The notes below the pieces were generated by a model, which was not told where the DNA came from, ran no database searches, and saw nothing but the letters and a program-made list of their open reading frames with translations. DNA of 63,130 nt, the filler included, from Folioceros fuciformis (taxonomy: Eukaryota), in NCBI GenBank assembly GCA_049999805.1. It is 20 parts of 20 records of this genome, joined end to end, with 100 filler letters (N's around TTAATTAATTAA, not from the genome) between each part and the next. Parts side by side here need not be neighbours in the genome. Positions count along the whole stretch, not along the records: positions 58,463 to 60,980 come from JBNGIO010000713.1; positions 61,081 to 63,130 come from JBNGIO010000714.1; 18 more parts are not named here. The stretch is one strand, 5' to 3'. The translations under genes were made by a program, and so were the position numbers. Positions 58,463 to 63,130 of the stretch are shown here, piece by piece. Positions within the stretch are counted from its first letter, which is position 1, and each line of letters starts with the position of its first letter.

Positions 58463-60100
58463 AATTCCCACATCAGATTTTTAATGAGCGAGTCGTACTC
58501 ATCAGCAATAGAGAGCTTCCATTTTTCTCCATCATGACCATGAAACGCTTCAGCATAAGATTGGGGATCAGGTCGTACTTCATGTACACTCAAATCTGCA
58601 ACATGAGCTTGAGGGTAGCGAAAATCAATTGACTGATATGGAGGTTCACACCACTGTTCCCTAGGGCGCCTGTCACATGTAGGATATCTCGGTTCAAGTT
58701 GAACAGGGACTTCAACTGGAGGAAGAACAACTAGAGGCTCAAAATCTATTTGGTCATCACCACCAGAAGAAGGACCTTCTAAAGCATCCAGGTCCTCATT
58801 TAGCTCATCATCTGAAAAGACAGGTGCAGCTGGACCAAGATCAGCATCCATGTGATCAGGGAGATCATCTTGCTCCACATCTAGTGCATCCTCAAGTCAG
58901 GTAATTCAGTAATAGACTCTCCATCAGAACCAGGGTATTCCACATAAGGCAAGTGTTGAAGTTCAGTTGCCGAACTGATAGGAGTGAAACTATCTTCAGC
59001 AAGCACAAATACAGATTATGAATTGACCCCCACTGAAGCAAGCTGGTCTGAAGCAAGACTTGAATGAGGAGAAATAGGTTCATCAAACACCACACTCCTC
59101 GCCAGCACCACTCTTTGAGTAGGTGAATCAAGCAACCTGTAAGCTGTGGAAGTTTCTAAATATCCTAGAAAAATATATGGTTTTGCCCTATCATCAAGCT
59201 TACAAGAACATGGCTTAGGGATATATGCATATGCCAGAGAACCAAAGACCCTGAGATGTAGAAGACTTGGTTTCTTCTTCCAAAACACTTCATAGGGGGT
59301 TTTTCCAGGAACAGCTGCTGTAAGCACATGATTTAGAATATAAGCTACTGTTGAAATGGCTTCTGCCCAAAACCTCTTTGGTAAGCCAGCTAAACTAAGC
59401 ATACTTCTTGTCATTCCCATTAAAGTTTGATTCTTTCTTTCTGCAACTCCATTCTGTTGCTGAGTGTATGGTACGGAATACTAATGAATAATGCCTTGTG
59501 ATTGGAATAGATCATCATATCTGTGGCCTAAAAACTCCCCACCATGATCCGTTCGAAGACATTTAATGAGGTTCCCAGTCTGTCTTTGAACCAAGGAAAT
59601 CCAGGACTCAATACACACAAAGGCATCACTCTTAAGCTTGATTGGAAACACCCAAGTCTAATCGAGAGAAGTCATCAGTCAAGGTAAGGTAATATTCAGC
59701 ACCACCCAAGGACATGACTTGAAGCTTTCCAGCAAGGTCAGCATGAACAAGTTCCAAAACTAACGTTGCCCTTTGTGCTTGCTTGTTCTTAAAAGGTAAC
59801 TCCTCCTGCTTAGAAAGAACACAAGAGCTACACACTGGTAGATTCTTAAAACAGGCAGGTAGTTTCTCCCTGAAGCTATTCAAAGAAGCCATTAAGTTGA
59901 GCTTTTCCTTGTTGACATGTCCTAACCTGGCATGCCAAAGATTTGCTTTAGAGGAAGATGACAAGGCATACACCAAGGGAGAAGTAGGATTGACATGCAA
60001 CCTATACAAGTCATCCACAAGCTCTCCTTGTGCTATGCAAAGTCTAGGAGCTGACAGTTTGTACATGCAGTAACTGCCCTGCTCAAAGGTAAAACCATAG
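58463..60100 (-). mobile_element. Copia INT-RT start fragment, same family as 5993-9835
   Basis: LWHARLGHVNKEKLNLMAS, FWAEAIST, EVRPDPQSY. Confidence 0.95.
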
Positions 60101-60980
60101 TGTAGGTACGCTACAGGAGCTACATGGTGAAGAAGGAGAGGAGGAGGCAAGGAGGAGGAGAAAGAGAGGTCACAATCTCACAATGAGTCTCTCTATATGC
60201 AAGGGCGCTCAAGGGGGTATTTATACCCTCTAGAAGAGCTCCCTAGGAAGCTTCACAAGAAGCGCACAGGAAGCTGCGCAAGAAGCTTCCTACAGATAAG
60301 CTTAAGCAAATCTAATTTAATGATACTTAACTAGACACTAATCTTAGACTAAACACATTAGTCTAAGCACATTGGGCTTTAATAACCCTACAATCTCCCA
60401 CTTAAAGGCCAACTTGCCTTCATAGAAGAGTGGTCTACCTCATGCCCATGAGTGTCTGAACTTGTGCGAATTGCTCCGTAGAGAGTCCCTTGGTAAGAAC
60501 ATCTATAGGGTTTTGACTAGTGTGAACTTTGACAAGCTGTACCCTTTTGTCTTCCAACACCTCTTGAATGAAGTGATACTTCACCTCCACATGTTTGGTC
60601 TTTGTATGAAACACTAGATTCTTTGCCAATTGGATAGCACTCTGGCTATCACAATGCAACATTGGCAGCTCAACCTTCATCCCCAAATCTCCCACTAAAC
60701 GAGCAAGCCACATGGCTTCCTTGCACGCCTCAATCGCTGCAACATACTCGGCCTTTGTGGTAGATAGCGTTATGCACGATTGCAAACGAGATCACCATGA
60801 GACTACCCCTCTAGTGCACATGAAGACATAACTTGATGTGGACCTCCTTTTGTCCATATCCCCTGCATAATCAGCATCTGTATATCCCACGATAAATGCA
60901 TCTTCACTACCAACACATAAGCACAAAGCTTTTGTACCATTTAAGTACCTCATAACTCATTTCACTGCCTCCCAATGCTT
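60101..60980 (-). mobile_element. Tork-like copia 3' end: RNaseH (stop 60435), PPT, 292-bp 3' LTR (60392-60101)
   Basis: LSTTKAEYVA, CDSQSAIQLAKN. AAGTGGGAGAT is followed by TGTAGGG...CCTACA. Confidence 0.93.
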
Positions 60981-61080
60981 NNNNNNNNNNNNNNNNNNNN
61001 NNNNNNNNNNNNNNNNNNNNNNNNTTAATTAATTAANNNNNNNNNNNNNNNNNNNNNNNNNNNNNNNNNNNNNNNNNNNN

Positions 61081-61286
61081 AGGCCTGTCCTACGCCTGAT
61101 CGGAGCTGGAGGGGAGCCCTCGAATCCGTCATCGAGTCGATCAAGTCCGACCCTCCATCCACAGCAGCAAGGAACCCCATCGCTCCTTCGTGGGAACGAA
61201 ACCCAATGTCTCAACGACAGTGGGATAAGTGTGGCCACTAAAGGTGGAATCCGTCGGCAATCAGTGCCCGGGGTTTTGCCTCCACA
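61081..61286 (+). mobile_element. 3' end of the high-copy long LTR
   Basis: Ends GCCTCCACA. Confidence 0.9.
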
Positions 61287-63069
61287 AAGGTCGTCAAGGA
61301 GCATACCTCCGAGGGAGCTTTGGAAAGAGCCACCTCTTACATATAATCGAGCAAGTACACTTCATGATGAAGAAATGAGGGCAGCTGAAGAGTCTCATAG
61401 AGGAGAAGATCTTGCGACATATGAGGAAACAATTAATGATAAAGACTCAATAGGATGGAGAGTGGCCATAAAGGCAAAGCTGGATGCGCTGCTTAAGAAC
61501 GATACCTGGTCACTTGTCCCTCTTCCACTAGGTAGGAAGCCTATAAACTGTAAATGGGTCTTTCAAACGAAATATAAAGCTGATGGATCTTGGGAAAAGC
61601 TGAAGGCCTGGCTCGTAGTTAAGGGTTACTCACAACAAGCAGGGGAAGACTTCCTCGAAACCTTCTCCCCTGTAGTCAGGATGAGCTCGATCAGATTTCT
61701 TGTAGCATTGGCGGCTCAGAAAAATCTGGAATTGCACCAGATGGATGGCAATCTGCATTTCTTCACGGAACTATCGAGGAAGAGATTTATATGGATATTC
61801 CTGAGGGCTATGAACTAGAACCAGGGCAACAGGGATTAGTGTGCAAGCTCAAGAAAGCGCTTTATGGATTAAAGCAAAGTCCCAACCGCTGGTTTGCATG
61901 CATCAAGGAATATCTGTTACATATGGGTTTCGTACAAAACCCGTCAGATCATAATGCCTTCATGCTGAGGGACAGCCAAGGGTTTGTGCTATTAGCACTA
62001 TGTGTCGACGATACGATTCTCCTGTCCAACAACCCAATAGGTACGTTGTTAAAAGCCAAAGAGATTCTCCGCACAAGATTCTCTATGACAGATCTAGGGG
62101 AGTTGCACTCCATTCTTGGGATCAACGTGGAAAGAAATAGAGCAAGTTATGAAATCAAGCTGTCACAGCGTGCTTATGTGCTTCAAGTACTCAGGAAATT
62201 CAACATGGAATCCTGTAAACCATGCTCAACACCAGCATGTAGGGTTATTAAAGCCCAATGTGCTTAGGCTAATGTGTTTAGTCTAAGATTAGTGTCTAGT
62301 TAAGTATCATTAGTTTAGATTAGCTTAAGCTAATCTGTAGGAAGCTTCTTGCGCAGCTTCCTGTGAGCTTCTTATGAAGCTTCCTAGAGAGTTCTTCTAG
62401 AGGGTATAAATACCCCCTTGAGCTCCCTTGCCAACTACTCTCAATGTGACCTCTTTTTCTCCTCTCCTCTCTGCCTCCTCTTCTCCTCTCCTCCACCATG
62501 CTCCTCTAGTGATCCTACACAGCATCCATGTCTTCTCAGATCTGCCCTTAAGGAACCTCTGACTGCAGAAGACATTGCTTGAATGGCCAAGATTCCTTAC
62601 CGAGTAGCGTGTGGGTCCTTGCAACATCTGCAAGTCTCTACGCGGCCAGATGTGAGCAAGGCAGTTTCGCATGTGTACCAATTTTTCCAGAACTATGGCA
62701 AAGAGCATTGGTCTGCGGTGAAGAGAGTTATGCGATACCTCAAGGGCACGGCTAATCACGGGCTGCTATACAGAGGAGATGACAAGGAGCACATACCGAG
62801 ACTGGAACTCACAGCGTACTGTGACAGCGACTGGGCCGGAGACAGAGAGCAGAGGAAATCCACGGCAGCGTATGTGTTACTGGTGGCTGGCGCTGGGGTT
62901 TCATGGAGCAGTAGGAGCTTCAAACGATTTGCTTGTCATCCGCAGAAGCAAAGTACGCCGCCTGCATTGAAGCTGCGAAGGAAATCGTGTGTCAGAGGCG
63001 ATTTGCGGAAGGACTGAACCTTGGATACACTAAACCCACCAGGCTTTGCTCGGATTCTCAGTCCGCCAT
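61287..63069 (+). mobile_element. Copia RT-RNaseH, decayed and interrupted by a solo LTR
   Basis: CKWVF, ETFSPVVRMSSIR, LYGLKQS, YCDSDWAGD. Confidence 0.93.
62238..62519 (+). mobile_element. Solo LTR (282 bp) of a Tork-like copia with TSD CAGCA
   Basis: TGTAGGG...CCTACA is flanked by CAGCA on both sides. Confidence 0.95.
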
Positions 63070-63130
63070 TGTGGAGGCAAAACCCCGAGCACTGATTGCC
63101 AACGGGTTCCACCTTTAGTGGCCACACTTA
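63070..63130 (-). mobile_element. 3' end of the high-copy long LTR, runs off the window
   Basis: TGTGGAGGCAAAACCCCG... Confidence 0.88.

Overview
Eukaryotic, land-plant-type nuclear DNA. The short 82-121 nt introns, PLS-class PPR, plant-type SBDS and GRDP suggest a non-seed plant such as a hornwort or other bryophyte (inference). The window is not one locus: 20 sequence pieces are joined by 19 artificial 100-nt linkers (44 N + TTAATTAATTAA + 44 N). Most of it is nested, decayed Ty1/copia retrotransposons, plus one Ty3/gypsy pol, ten pieces of one high-copy long-LTR family, two solo LTRs with TSDs and several tandem repeats. Host genes reconstructed by splicing are an intact 5-exon SBDS (378 aa), the 5' part of a GRDP/DUF1399 gene, a decayed GRDP-like 3' half, a PPR fragment, and an unannotated 3-exon gene of 385 aa. 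The main candidates for something new are: (i) an extra ORF upstream of gag in two different copia elements, sharing a CxH-x7-H-x6/7-CxFC motif; (ii) antisense ORFs in the 3' internal region of six elements, five of them directly after a copia pol; (iii) a long LTR whose promoter core appears to have been replaced by the near-complete LTR of a Tork-like copia.
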